Positions 13,201 through 26,640 of a stretch of 64,000 nt of DNA are shown here, in pieces. Both the position numbers and the translations under genes were made by a program. The DNA lies in assembly GCA_036172245.1 (NCBI GenBank), contig JAYWIR010000053.1, positions 806,001 to 870,000 on the forward strand, read 5' to 3'. Within the stretch, counting starts at the first letter, position 1; each line of letters opens with the position of its first letter. Source of the DNA: Raillietiella orientalis (taxonomy: Eukaryota). Below the pieces are notes generated by a model. It saw only the letters and a program-made list of their open reading frames with translations, made no database searches and had not been told where the DNA came from.

Positions 13201-13326
13201 GAGGAAGGCAAAGATGGTTAGTTTCTTTCTCTTCCCATAGTTCTTTGCTCCTCCATCAAAGACCGCATCCCACCTTTCCTTGGAAGATATTTATTTTGAT
13301 TAAGAGAACGTCTCTGGGGAATCTCC

Positions 13327-16300
13327 TCATCCCGAGTTGCCGGGCTACTTATTAAAGAGTTATAAATGACATTTATTTTACAGCTGGAAAAGGATCGACC
13401 CTCTCCGAACCGCCTGCATTGGTGAAAGGACAAGGGAGGAGAGGAACGTGAGACAATAAATGAATGGGGAATGGGGCGGACGAGCCCCGCAATGCTCAGC
13501 ACCATTACTGTGAAGTTTGTCTAGGGTAGGAGAGGAGGAAAGTGAGTACACCGGTAAGGTAGACTGCCCAGAGGTCGAAGACATCTGCAACTAGTTTGCA
13601 TTGTGCCATTTTCTTGTCCCTCTCATGGAGGCAATGTTGATCTCAGGTAGCTCCCCTGAGTGGCAGTCACTCTATTCCTCCATTCTGGAGGAGAACTATT
13701 GACAGGGGCAGCTGGGAGGCCATGTGAAGCAAGGGTTTCGTTAGGCAAGTGCATGGGATGGAAGCATCGAGGAACCGAAGCGTCTCGGCACGGTCTTCAG
13801 CATCCCTCAGTGGTTTTACTCCTCTGCTTCCCCCGAGGAAGTCTGATGCTTGTTCCACGTTTCGGGAGAGAGTCCAGCAGCGCATCAGCACGTTGGCAGT
13901 CTGCTGGCAGAGTGGCAGAAGGACAGAGGCATCGAACAAAAAGCGCGGGATCTTGCAGTTTCCACCGGAAACATTGAGAAACTGTACCTGCTTTTTAGAT
14001 CCCTGAGCGGGGTCCTCCGGGCTCGACTGCTTTCTCCAGCTAAGACGTTTCCTATTGGTCGGTGAGCTTGGTAGCTCCCTATCATCTCCTCCCATGCTAC
14101 AGGAGGTACCCACCACCTCTTCCACATCTCTCCGATGCAGCAGGGGACGCATGGCGTACCGAATGGCCTCAAGCTTGGTCTTCGAGAGCAGGCTGACTCC
14201 ACTCAGCACTTTTCCAAGGAAGAAATGGGGGCTTCCTTCCATGGCACTATTGTTGGGGAAGGTTAAACCTTTCCAGGAGCTTCCATCTCCCCACCGATTC
14301 CTGCCGCCAGGCGTTCCTGTTCAGTGAGCCACCCTTGGACCCCCAGTAACGCTGCAGCGAGGCGAATGGAGTGACACAGACTTTGATTTCTCCTGGGGCC
14401 ACATGACACGACGATCCGCAGCATTCCTCACCAGGTGACACCAGTAGGTTCTTCGCAGTCCGTTAGATGATCCTGCATCTGCATCCGTGCGGCGGAGAGT
14501 GACTTTGAAGGGAAACCAAGTCTTTCGGTTTCTTCTTTCAGTCTTTCTGAAGAGACTGGAGAATCTTCAGCACGATCCCGATTTAATACGTGAGTGGCTC
14601 AAGAAATTTAGGCGGCTAGTCCAGCTTCTAGGCATCTTCCAATTCAGCTGGCCTCGGACGGAGCCGGTGTCGCCCCTGAGGTGATCCGAGAATGCGAACC
14701 TCGCTTCCCCACCTCTCTATCCGTTTGGGCTGAGCGTCACTGCACGCATCCCTGGTCTTCATGTCCTCGAACGGTCGGTTATTAGTCGAAGAGGAAGCCA
14801 TCTCCTGGTAACTCGACGAAGTTCCCTCTCAGGGGTTCCACGAGGCACTCCACGATGACCTCATGAGCGCTGCGGAGTCGACCTCCATCAATCGCCCCCA
14901 AGGCAGAGCGGGGTCACTGACCACTTCCGAGGACACCAAGCTGCGACATCAGGTCAATGGAAAATTCCAAGCATTCCGTGGGAGCTATGGAAAAAGACTG
15001 CCCTCCACACACCCTCCGGGGCGACCGCGTGGTAATGCACCAGCCACAAGAGAGGTGGAAGTCGACTTCGCTGGAGGAGCTCCGTCTCTTCCTTCTCTTC
15101 TTTCGCCTACTTCCTTCCGGAGGCTAGCGTTCATTCTTCCTGAGCATGGCGAAGGGCAACAAGGAGAGATGCGCCCGCTTGCTGTTTATCCAGAGTGGAT
15201 CAGAGGAAAGGGCGTTCGTCTGCAGGGTTCTATCAGCCGCTCTTTCCTAGTTCCTTCCATGAAGGAATTCTCAGGATCACGTGGACTGGCAAGTGGCTGG
15301 AAAGGCCCCACCAAGTTCCGAATTTCTTCGGAGGGCTGACCTCACTACCCACCCACGCTGCAGTGGAAGCGAGAGTCGGATGCGACAGCGTGCTGCGGGA
15401 CGTTTATTCCAGCATTTCTCGTAGAGAGGCGAGGTCTCTCAATAGTGAACCCTCAGGGAGATGAGAATGATCTCCAGGGTTGACCTGAGTAGCCAACAAG
15501 TAGCGTAAACGAAAATCTTCTAGGTGATAAACGAACAACAGAGGTAGGAATCATTCACGCGACACCGGGCTGGGAAGGTCAAAGAGGCTCCGCAGTGCAC
15601 AGGAATGCGCAAGCCGCAGGTTGATTCCCCTCTCACTTTACTTGCTGAGGTGACATCCTTTTCTGCATTTTATCCCCTTATACGCCCCCGGAGAGCAGCG
15701 GCGGCCCGCGGAAGAGCCCACTTGGAAGTGACGCAGCTAAAAAAGAAAATTTTCTGGCATTCCTGCAGTGGAGGAGGAGTAAGCAAAGAACTTTTCCTCT
15801 TTCTTTTCCTCCTCCTTCCGAGGGTTTCCATACTGGGACAGCGACGCAACGGACTCTGGAAGACGAGGAGGGAGCAGAAAACTAGCCGAGGTCCACCTAT
15901 CGAGTGCTCCTTACCCACAGAAGGTAAAGGGCCACCCGGGGAGGCTGCTCGGTTCTCGCGGATGACTGCTGACGGGCGGGCGGGAAACTGGCAAAGGCGC
16001 CCCGAAGTGGGAGGGAGCTCAGCCCCAAATAAAGTCACTTGGGGTGGCTGGGGGTGGACGGGAGAGATGCGGAGTGCCTGTACGATCCGTTTAGTCTCTT
16101 CTTTTTCGGTCACACCTTGCTGCCAGGCAGCCGACTTCTCCGACCTGGTCAGAGTCCCGCGAGACCTCGTTTGAGACCCACGTTTGAGGTGGAGACCCAC
16201 GTTTCCTCCCTGCCCCTCTTCCGGGAGGTAGGCGTTAAGGTAACGTGAGGACACGAGGAAGCTGCTTAGGCAGATCGCCTGGGAACATTCGCTCCTCCCC

Positions 16301-17590
16301 TTACTCCGAAAGCGGAGGTGAAACTGCCCTTCCCTCCTATGCCAGCGACTTCCTGTTTCTAGGAACACGCTGCTCCCTATGACCGATCCCCAGGAATGAT
16401 TACCTTTCCACTCTATCCCCTCGACCCTCTTGCAGTTCTTGCGTTCGTCCATTACTCAACCTGGGTCTCGCTGATGCCGGCGGAGTGCTCTCACTCGTCC
16501 ACTCGTTGCTTAGGGAGTCCACCATGGTGCGCCTGGAGTTGATTGTCCATATGGCAACCGTTCCCCGTCGTCATCCTCCACGGAACACCTCCTCCTCCCT
16601 ACAGCATCCCTGAGGAACAGGATACGACCCTGATTCTCATCTGCCCTCGGAGGAGTCAGCCCGGCACCCAAGCTTCCACAGTCCTCCTCCTCCCATCGCT
16701 CTGGCTCGGACGGCACAGAAGACTCTGTCGCCGGCACCCTTCGGAGAAAGCCGGTACTTCTCGAGTACCGTGGCTCAGGGGAGTCATCAATCGAAGCTGG
16801 ATCTAGAAAGCCGATGGATGCTGTGCGTGCACCTCGCTCGTGTCTCTGCTGCCATCTTCCCGGCTACGTGGAGACGATGGTGGCGTCTTATGGTGGGATC
16901 TCCCTGCGAAGGACTACTCTCGGAAGAGCCCCCGTTGCCTTGGAGACTTCCGGAGCGACGACCTCCCTTTCCGCTTAATGGCCGTTGCCATAGTGACTCA
17001 CGGCTGGCGTCTCTCTTTCTCCTCCTCCTCCAGGTTGCCAGCCTGCGAGCTCCCTAGAGTCGGGACAGATGCCCGCAGAGAGCCCTCGACTCTCCAAGGG
17101 GTCTCCAGCCTTGGGAGGAGGATCTCTGCACACCATACAGGACTCCCTAGGGACGGGCGGGAAGCCTTCCTTCTCAAAGGCGTGCCGTTCTATTTTTAAA
17201 CGAGACCTTTGAAACGTCTCGACGGGTTTTTCTTGATGATTTGAAAGCCTCGCAGCCTCTAAGAAAGCGAGAAAACAGAGACTGTCGAGGGGTCGTCAAG
17301 TTGGCGCGATCTTTTTTTGCGGAGGGCAGGGTGCACTTCCGTTTTCCAGCTCTCCTCAGATAGGGAGGGATGTCCTTCCACTTCTGACCGGCAGGGGTCG
17401 TCCATCCCAGCCATTTCGGGGACAAGAGAATGGACTCAGCTCCTTCCTTCTCCCAAGAAGATGGCAGCAGCTCTCCGTGGGGGAGGGAAGTCGCAGGAGC
17501 ACCCGAAAGCGTATATATCCTTCCCATCCTCCATCCCAGCAAGCACACCTGCTCACTCGCCAGGGGTGGAAGTCACCTTCTGAAATCTCC
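13327..17590 (-). mobile_element. Old, near full-length LINE remnant
   Basis: Minus strand: YLNAYLP (EN NVYAP-like, ~16230), EVDF (~15060), EVRILGSPQG (RYLGVPLG, ~14690), CTCLTKPLLHM..LP (zf-RVT-like, ~13730), IASMRGTRKW and DVFDLWAVYL (C-terminal tail). Terminal AATAAGtagCCCGGcaactCGGG at ~13327-13352. Confidence 0.6.
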
Positions 17591-17958
17591 CTATTCGTAG
17601 GGGTGTTATTGCCGTTTATCTTGGCAAGGCGTTTCGCATCGCAGCATTGTTGGCGAGGATGTATAAAAAATAGGCAAACAATGTGCAAATCACAACAATG
17701 CGCTGCTGGCGAAAGTACATTCAGCAACAATAGTATAATAATTGCAGTGTGCCTGCGCGGCAACAATTTATTTATAAAGATTATCTGGATTAATAGCAAA
17801 CGAATTGGCAGAAGTATACTGGACCGTGTCAACTCGGCAAACATCAGATCATCGTTGAACGGACGCTGCGATGAATGAAAAGGGGGCAGATTTTAAAAAT
17901 GGTGAACCGATAGCAACGAGAACGCTGATGGCAGCAGCCTGGGTATGACACGAAGGAC

Positions 17959-18019
17959 GCAGGCAGTGGCACCGCTGATTTCAGCATCCGATGCTGAAAT
18001 CAGCGGTGCCACTGCCTGC
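17959..18019. repeat. Perfect 30-bp inverted repeat with a 1-nt spacer
   Basis: gcaggcagtggcaccgctgatttcagcatc-c-gatgctgaaatcagcggtgccactgcctgc. Confidence 0.97.
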
Positions 18020-18599
18020 ATCGTAAGCTGCTGCTCCCGATGCAAGATGCGACCAGAGCCTTATTCTCGTTAGCAGAGCTCTCGTTGGCATCACAATCGA
18101 TGAACATGATGTGCTCTGAGACGCACGCCGGTCGGCCACTCGTGCCAACGAACTCCTCCCGACCGGACGGGATTGCAATCCATTCCCCTTCCTGACTCCA
18201 CGTCATCGCGTGAAGGAGGCGTTCGCCTCCCGTCGCGGGCAAAATGGTCGCGCGTGCTCGTTCGCCTCGGTCCTGCGCCTTGAGCGAGCGAGCGAATCCT
18301 TGCAGCGGCGGCTTCCTTAGCTTAGCCGCGGAGCCACCGTGGAGAAAAGGCAGTCGGTAGAGTCCCCTTGTCTTTTACCTTGTTTTTTTTCCTCTTCAGG
18401 AATCGGTAGGTCAACTGGAGCATCCGGGTTTCCGTATGCCTTTTCCTTACACGGATTTCCTTATCCGATTGTCCTTTCTATTTTCAAATGGAATCCGTCT
18501 CGGCGAATTGCCCTTGCCGACCGTAGTCTTGCAGCCGTTGAGAAGAGGAGAAAACAGCAGTCTCCTCCTTCCCTTCATCTGTTTTCTTTTGCAGAGGCC

Positions 18600-18965
18600 G
18601 AACTGTTCCCTAAGGTTGAGCGACGTCGAGCCCTGTCGGCTCTGGTGGAAATCTGCGCGCTCAGGGGGATTCCAGCTTCCCGGCTGATGGCGATACCCGC
18701 TGCGAATCTTGCTGCAGGAGCACGAAAGATTAGGCGACACCATCGCGTTCGTGCCGGGGACGGTGCCTTTCCCTGTCCGGCTGAAGGCAGGGTTCCGGGA
18801 GTGCTCCTGAGGAAGAGCACCTGGCTCGCTTTGGTTGCTGGAAGGCATGGCGATCGGTCCGATTCTCGAGACAGAAGCGTCGTCGTCGATGAAAGGACAC
18901 CTGGAAACTCTGCATGCTCCCTTCAGTTGCCGCTTTTTTTTTTCTCTGATTTTATTTTATTTCGA
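18600..18965 (+). mobile_element. Diverged LINE ORF2 C-terminal fragment
   Basis: ALSALVEICALRGIP..LLRKSTWL parallels ALAALCCLRGIV..FLRKATRW, followed by a T-rich UTR-like tract. Confidence 0.35.
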
Positions 18966-18969
18966 TAGC

Positions 18970-20963
18970 CTTCCGTTCGTTTTTGTCCCTTGGAGAGCAT
19001 ACGCGCACGCATTAAGATGCCTACGGTCTTGAAGAAAGGATTCAGCTCCAGTGGCAGGGCTCCAGCTCAGCTCCTTGAAGGATGCGGAAGATTGAGCAGA
19101 TAGACTGATAGCGTAAGGAAAGCAGGAGGGACAGGACTTTTCATTTCCTGCCCATGGAAGGCTTGGGAACTCGGTGGACAACTCTTCGTTCGAGAACAAC
19201 CTTCCTTCCAACAGGGGTCTCTTGGGGACCCGCTACTTAGCAATTGATCCTTGCTGTTGGTCCTTTAGCGTTCGGGTTTTAACACGTGCTGTTTTTTCCC
19301 TTCGGACCTTTTTTTCCCTCTCCCTTAGGGTCTTCCTGATGCCCGTTCTTCATGATCAGAGTCTCGGTGGACCCGAAAGGATGTTGGATGCTGACCTTCA
19401 ATTTTCAACCTTCCTCAGTCTTCCAACGAAACGCTGCTGCCTTTTTCCTTCACCTTTATTTTCGTCACCAGCGACTCTTGTTTCGTAGTCCTTGGTTTCG
19501 GCTTGCTCCTGTCTTTGCCCTGCAAGCAAGACGAAGAAAACTCCTAGTCTGTATTTCCAAACTTGAGCTTGCTGATTCTATGACCTCGAAGGCTCATCTC
19601 TCACGAACACTTACTCTGGACAGAGCTCCAGAAGACGTCACTATCTCCTCAGAGTGCATCAAAGGCTTTTGTACGATCTCCTGCTCAGACGGACATTACT
19701 TCTGCACTTGCCTCACCACATCTTAAAAACTTAATGTCTCGGTGAGAAACACTGAGGTTTGCCTCAGGCACTGCTGGACTACTGCTGCTCTCGTGAAACC
19801 AAAGTGGCACGCGTTACCCAGGAGAGCAAAGGCGTGTGGGCAGGCGACGCACGTCTTTCGCGCCTTTCATGCTGGAGAGTGAGGCAAGATGGCCCACCTG
19901 AAGCAGCTTAATCTCATCTTCAAAGGGATACAGATCTTGCAAGTCAATCGCCGGTAACTCCTCCATCTTCCTCTTGAGCAATGATTCGGTTTTTTCTGTA
20001 TGTTTCTTCCTCCATCATCTCCCCCGCTTCGGACCTGCCGGAGGTGTCCTTGGACTTTTCAACTCTTGTGGGAACTTTGCTTTTCTCTTTTTAAATTTAT
20101 GCTCATGGTATATTTGGTGATGCTAATAAACCCACTGGTGGTCTTCGGTGAGAAACCTTCGTTCCCATGCTTCCCGTTGCCACCTGTTTCACAGCTTGTC
20201 TCGAATTTCCTGTTCTCTTGCCGTTCCCACAGACATCGTTGGGAGTGCATCCATGAACAGTCACAAGGCACCTCTCCCCAGAAGAGTTTACTCGCCATCT
20301 CGGGTCCTTTTGCTGTTTCACATCTACTTGTAACTCACCTCTGAATTCACCTGGCTCGCCAGGAGGGCGAGCTGCGAAGGAAACTGGAATCGTCCTCCAG
20401 GATTCTCCAGAGAACTTCCATGCGCACCCAACCAGGGAGAGCGAGCTATTATTACCCTTCACTCTTTGTCTTGAGATTCACTCTCGCTGCAACCAGTGTA
20501 AGAAGGAGGCAGTTCGAAGGACCGTCATCCAGGTAAGTCTCTTCCTCACTGGGAATCTGCTTCTGAGGACAGATGCAGTCCGTTGCACAAAGATCACTAT
20601 CAATCCATGCATCCCAACCATTCTAGGAAAAATCGGGTTCGAAGGGATCATATCCCGTTGTTCTTCTAAAGCCCAGGAGATGAAGAAAAGAAATGTGTTA
20701 GTGTTTCGCTCTGCTTAAGAAAAGCTTATCTTACTGCATCTCTTCAGAGTCCAGGACAGGAGCAGAGCTTGCGAAAAAAGCAGCCATTCAATTCCTGCTT
20801 CTTCTTCACTTCTTCCAGCAGCAAATCTTGGTGTCCGCGAAACTTCACTGTAAGAATCCGCCATCAGCACAACTTTTGATGCATCTGAAGCTGAAAATGA
20901 TGAAAGATGAGCTAAATTTTGTACATTCAATAGAAAATCATTGTGTGGTGATTCATTCAAAAG
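18970..20963 (-). mobile_element. RT half of an old host LINE (its 5' half is at 26655-30431)
   Basis: Minus strand SYRRLTC (~19950, NYRPISL-like) and DRTKAFDA (19655-19678, DxxKAFD). Confidence 0.6.
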
Positions 20964-20977
20964 ACTCCGTCTGCTGT

Positions 20978-23900
20978 TTCCCACCCGGGTGCGCCGGAGC
21001 GTTTATTTCTAAACTATCCGGTAAGGTGCCCTTTGTCACAGAAAAACAAATAGAGGGCTCCCCGACACGCAGGTCGGTAAACCGAAAGTTCAGAACGGGA
21101 GGGAGGGGACCACAAATACAGGTATAAAAAATATAAATCAAAACATGGGGGGTGGGGGACAGGGGCCTTTGGTGTCGGCCGTTTCTTTCTTTCAGAACCG
21201 GCGTTGGGTGCCGGAGATCTCGTTCCTTATGTTCTCTGGAAGATGAGACCAACCAACAGCCGACGTCATGTTCTCGTCGGCTATTCCGGTGGCCTGACGA
21301 CGAATCGCCTGCGTCTCCAGCTCTCGGTGGGCCTTGTCGATGGCGCGGGTGCAACGGACAGTTGCGACCATCGCACCTAAGGACAGGCCGCCTGGTGTGA
21401 AGAAGGGGCGCATCAAATCCCTTGCGGTGTCTCCCTTGAGCAGGAGAGCTGAGGCCAGCCTCCGCCACAGTCCTTGGAGGGCACCGCAGTCCAAGAACAG
21501 GTGAGGGAGCGTTTCCACTTCTCCGCACCGTTTACAGTTCGGGGAGACAACTCCCCCGGAAACACGGTTCGTCCACTGGTTGGAGTGAAAACCCCAATGC
21601 ACCAGCAGGATGACGTCCTGTTTCCACGTGAGGGGGAACACAGAAGTGTCCACGCACGAGGAGGGACCACAAGTTCATCGGGAGGCACACTAAGGAAAAC
21701 TTCTTAGTGTCCACCGAAGGAGTCCCTTCGGGATGTTGAGAGGCGTGGCAGAGTCTGCCAGCTCGCTAGTCCTCCAGCCGCCCATGGGATGGGTTGCTCC
21801 TGCGATAGTGCAGGCGACCTCCCACCTTGCCAATAGGCAGCTGTCATGCCTGAGCGCAGACAGCGCTGCGGCAAGGGGCGTGGTGGCCAGGCTGGTCCAC
21901 TTGCCCTGGTTGTTCATGAACTCCTCCACCGTACAGTACGGAGAAAAGTTGGCGCAACGAAGTTCCAAAAGGAAAACATCCTGTTGCCTTGCCCAGGCAT
22001 GCAACGATCCCTGCCGTCAAGTAGTAAAGTTCGTTGGGCGGCAGGAGATCCATGCGTGGGCTACCAGAAGCAGGTAGAGGGACTTCAGAGAGAAACCGAA
22101 GCTTCTCTTGGCGCGCTCCGTATGGGCCAGAGCGGCTGAAGTCCTTCGCTGCCGGTGCAGTGCCGCAGAAGCAGGCGTGCGGGAGCACACCACGGAGTGG
22201 ACCAAAGGTTGGCGCACAGGGCCAACATGAGTAACTGGACTTGCAGTTCTATCCTCTCCAGCGTCGGGATGCCGAAGTCGGCATCCCGACGTGGAGCCAC
22301 CAAGTCTTTGAGGTGGAACCTGGACCTCGTGGGTCCCCACAGAACGTTTCTCAACAGGTGTCTTGCCTGGAGCTTGGCCGAGTGGAGAGGCGGACAAACA
22401 AAAAACAGCGGGCGTGAGAGGGGGGCAACGAAAGTTTTCCAAACGGAGGACCGCTCCGAAAGGAGAACCTACCAAGGTGGAACGGGCTTAGAGCACTCGC
22501 AGCCTTCCGAAGGCAGTCCTACCACGCTTCCACTGAACTGATGTTTCCCAGCAGGACACCCAAGTACTTCAAAGACGTAGCGGTCGGGATTCCCAGGCGG
22601 ATCCAGTCGAACTGCCCCTCCCACGCCTCACCAACAGGAACGACTACGCTCTTGCTTCAGTTTATGCTCATGCGCGCTCCCCGGCGAATCAGCTCGGAGA
22701 AATCCTCGAGACTGGAAGCCAAGGTGGTCATGGGGAAAGGGATAAGCAGGTCATCGGCGTAGGCAGCCACGAAAGGCGTACCTGGGCAAGAGCTCGGCAG
22801 GTTGGTCAGCGTTAGCCGGTACGCCTTTAGCACCAACTCGAAGAAGATGCTGAAGAGCAACGGGCTTGAACTGTCGCCCTGCCTGATGCCCCGCCTCACC
22901 GGCACGCCGTACTCGTGGCAGCCGCTGAAATAGATGGAAATGAGCGCGTGGCTCCAGCAAGCGCGCAAATACGCCACGAGGTGCACCGGGAGACAAGTCG
23001 TTCCAGGAGCTCCAGAAGGAGTTCCTGGTTCACGCAGTGGAACGCCTTGCGGAGATCGACCGCGACCGTCAAGGCACCCGGAGTGTCCTCAGGCCAAATG
23101 CACCTTCGCCTAGCCACGGCAGCCGCAGTTACCTGGCTATCGCGCGCGACGCGTAGCTGGAGCTGGAGCCACGTGCGCGCGAGAAGAGCAGGTTTGCCTC
23201 CATGGACCGTCCGGGAACAGAGTAGGACTGCTCCGGACTCACCACGGATCCCGCAATCCTGTCTATTCGACCCAGAGCCTGGAGAACAACTTGACGTCCA
23301 AATTCACCAAGGTGATCGGACGCCAGTTGTTTAATGGGAGCATGTCTCCGCCTTTCGGCAGCAGACGCACCCTTGCTGAGCGAAAGGAGGCCGGGACATT
23401 GCCCGTCTCTCGCATCAGCGTAGAAAGGCTGAGCACCAAGGGGATGAGTTCCGCCGCGAAGCACTGGAAGGCAAGTCATCCTCACCTGGAACCTTTCGCC
23501 TCTTCAGGCCCGCTATGGCGGAAGACACTTCTTACGTCGTGAAAGGCAGATCCAAGGTCGCGCGCTCCTCCTCGTCGACAGCAGGGGCATCGGCCGGCAG
23601 AAGCAGCTCGGAGAGACTGCGTTCCGTAGGTGCCACTGCATACAACGAGGAGTAATAACGCTTAAGAATGCGGCGTATATCGGTGGAGGCCGAGCATTCC
23701 AGCCCCTGGTCGTCGAACAGACAAGCCGCTCCAGACTGCCAGACCTGGCGCTCGGCCTTGGTCTTGTACTCCGCAAGATGCTGGACGTCCGGGCATCGGG
23801 AGAATTGGCGGGCCTGCAGAAACTCTCCGCTGTTGGCCACGCCTTCACCGAAGCCACGGGGAAGCAGGCGCAAGGGGAAGCGGCTACAGAACTCGCGGAC

Positions 23901-24459
23901 CGATTGTTTCAGATCGTCCCAGTCCACGAGCTCCCGAACGACCAAGCTCCGGAGATGCTGGCGGAGGTGCTCCGCAGCCACCGGATTTCTTAGCCAGTCG
24001 GTCGGCAGCCTCCAGATGTGCGTCGGAGGGCCCTTGCCAGGCGGGAGTAACTCAAACTCCAGCCTGGTGGTCGGACAGCTCGGACGGTATGGACCTCTTC
24101 GACCCACCCGACAATGCAGGTGATCGTCGAGGAACACATGGTCCGGCAAAGCACGCATCCCGGGATCGTCGGCCAGCAAATTCGAAGCGTGCACGGACGC
24201 GCACACCTCGTTCACCAGCCGTTACTCCCGGCGACGGTGGGACTCCTCCGATAGCGCGTGAACGTTAAAGTCCCCGGCTACGAGGTGAGCCACGTCGGGG
24301 CCGGAGTTGCTGAGCCAGCGGTCGCGCAGTCTCTCGAAAAACTCGAGTTTCTCGTTGTGACGCGCGGAGCCGCACGGGGCGTACACGTTCGTGACGACAA
24401 GGTCGATCGATTCGGACCACTTGAGAACAAGTTGGCTCACTCGACTTTCCTCGTCGAAA
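20978..24459 (-). mobile_element. 5'-truncated LINE with EN, RT and zf-RVT-like ORF2 pseudogene; a further ~26 bp lies at 26425-26450
   Basis: VTNVYAP..HLVAGDFNV; ALTVAVDLRKAFHCVNQE; RRGIRQGDSSSPLLFSIFFE..AYADDLL; PNCKRCGEVETLPHLFLDC. 3' AATAAA plus hairpin at 20978-21007. Frameshifts and stops are present. Confidence 0.95.
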
Positions 24460-26424
24460 TATAGCCGCGTGCCGGTGCGCCACGGGATACGGCAGGGCAA
24501 TAGCCTGAGTCCCCTGCTCTTTAGCACCTACTTCGAGTTGGTGTTGAGAGCGTACAGGACTACCTTGGCTGCCTTGCCGAGCTCGTGCCCCGGCACGCCT
24601 GCTGTGTCGGCATATGCCGACGATCTTCTGTTTCTGCTCCCCATGTCCGCCCCGGCAACGGCAGTCGAATATTTCTTCGACCTGCTAAGCCGTGGGACGG
24701 GGCTCCGGGTTAACAGGGCAAAATCGTCGGTGGTGCCAGCTGGACGTGGGTAGGATGGCCTGATTGGATCCGCTTGCGGATCCCAACGGGTGGGTATTTG
24801 AATCACCTTGGCGTTCCGTTGGGGTACTTCTGCCTGTCAGGAGCCTGGTCAGGCCTTCTCCAGAAAGTGTAGTTGGCGATCGGCCCGTTCCTGGAGTGCA
24901 AGTTCTACTTGCCGGAACGTGCTGCGGTATGGAACGCGTTTGCGGCCCCCATCCTTCGCCCCCTAATTTTCGTTTGCCCTGTCTCCAAGGAAATAAAGAA
25001 GAGGACGAATGACCTTTTGCGCTCTTTGGGGCAAGGGGAGGCCCCGAGTCCCTTTGATGGACTTGTGCGCTCTGCGTGTAGATGGTGGTCTAGGCCTCCT
25101 GACTCTGGAGCGCATGGAAATTCAGCTGCGATGGCGAACCTTGGCCATCGCAGCGAAGTTGTGGAGCATTCCTTGGTGTGTTCCGACCCGCCTCCTCGCC
25201 AGACATGTATCCGGAGCGGGAGGACTTGCATCTCATCTTTTACGTCGTGGAAAGAAGATAAGAAGATGCGGCCTTCTCCTCGGACAAATAGCCATCCTGG
25301 GGAAGGAGAATGCGTTGATGATCTGCAGCCCCGTCAACTCCAGCGCATGGCTGGATGAAACAGTTGGCACGTGGGCGGTAGTAAATGAGAGGAGCCACGA
25401 GACGTGGAATAGCCTGCGACGCGGCCGATACGCCCGCTGCACTTTTCGCGAGATCCTGGAGTGTCCAGCCAGGGGCACGTGGGCAGAGACGACCTGCCTA
25501 GTGACGGTGCTGCCCTACCTACGAAGGGCCCTCGTCAGCAACCGGACGCCGAGATGGCAAGTCTCTTGCCGTATCGCAGGCAGAGAAAAGTTGATGAGCG
25601 GTTGGACCATGGGACAGCTGGAGGACGCCACGACCCAGAGCGTCCTTCCGCAAGGACTGAAAAAATGGGGCGAGCTGCTCGGCATCACGACGGATGACCT
25701 GAAGTGGCCCCCAGTAATAATCGGAAGAAGGATCCTTCTCCTAAAATGGCAGGAGTTGGCGCTTATGCTGTTGCACTGGGGACTCCCCTGCAACGCACGC
25801 TGCCATCACTGGATACGGGGACGAGTGAATCCAAACTGTGCCAGGTGTGGGGAGCGGGAACCGCACCTCCGCACCTCTTAGTTGACTGTTGCCCTCCGGT
25901 CCCTTTGGGAACGTTTCGGTATGACTCTAGGGATCGTGGAAGGTAGCCCTCCCCGAGACGTTTTTCGGCTTTTCTTCGTGCGGACGCCCTGCAGCCAGCC
26001 GCTGTCGTAGCAACGCTCAGCTGCATCCGCGGTATTGTGGCGGCTTGGGGTGGATCCGACGAAGCAGAAGATGCAAACGAAAGGGATGTCATGGAGTATG
26101 CAGCTCGTTTTCTGCAAATGCAATCCGATGGCCCCACCTGGGAAATATGCAGAAGGACCTTGTCGGCATCCTGCAAAGGATGGAAACTCCACAAAGCGTA
26201 CAGTGATCCCTTCCCGACCCTCCAAAGAACTATGGTTTTTGATTTTTTCAGTTTTCCTTCATTTTTCTTTTTGTTTTTCACATCCTCCTCCGCTGACGTG
26301 GAGTGTCATGTCGGTCTGCGCACCGACCACCCGGCAGCTCCCTAGTGCTATTGGCCGCAGTGGGGCCTTGTACCGCAAATACCGAAGGTTTTTGAATAAA
26401 CTCCCCGGCTTGACCGGGTGAAAG
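24460..26424 (+). mobile_element. 5'-truncated LINE nested antisense in the previous copy, with 8-bp TSD cgtcgaaa
   Basis: VRHGIRQGNSLSPLLFSTYFE..SAYADDLL; LHWGLPCNARCHHW..PNCARCGERE. TSD at 24452-24459 and 26425-26432. The host EN resumes after it (VRSVCFD on the minus strand). Confidence 0.95.
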
Positions 26425-26464
26425 CGTCGAAACAAACGCTCCGCACCTCAACTCCGTCTTCTGT

Positions 26465-26640
26465 TTCCCACCCGGGTGCGCCGGGGCGTTTATTTCTAAA
26501 CTATCCTGGAACAGGATTCCCGGACAAAGGATACAGAAAAAAAACGAAGGGGGGGATCCCCGACACGCAGGTCGGTAAACCGAAAGTGCGGAACGGGAGG
26601 GAGGGGACAGCAAATACACATATATATGAAAAAAAAAAAA
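26465..26640 (-). mobile_element. Short 3'-UTR-only LINE insertion (~175 bp)
   Basis: Close match to 20978-21130, flanked by actccgtcttctgt (26451-26464) and actctgtctgctgt (26641-26654). Confidence 0.9.

Noticed and set aside
12450..17590. Ty3/Gypsy LTR retrotransposon (apparent protease VHCGAS, RT VAPEGVWRA, integrase DVFDLWAV)
   Set aside because: The same segments fit LINE motifs in LINE order and end in the family AATAAG plus hairpin terminus at 13327; no LTR pair was found.
20533..20572. GT-AG intron of a host gene
   Set aside because: Lies within the antisense of an old LINE ORF2; no coherent flanking exons.
20964..26640. LTR or Penelope-like terminal repeats (20964-21130 and 26451-26640)
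   Set aside because: The repeats are LINE 3' UTRs, each bounded by a copy of the target site.
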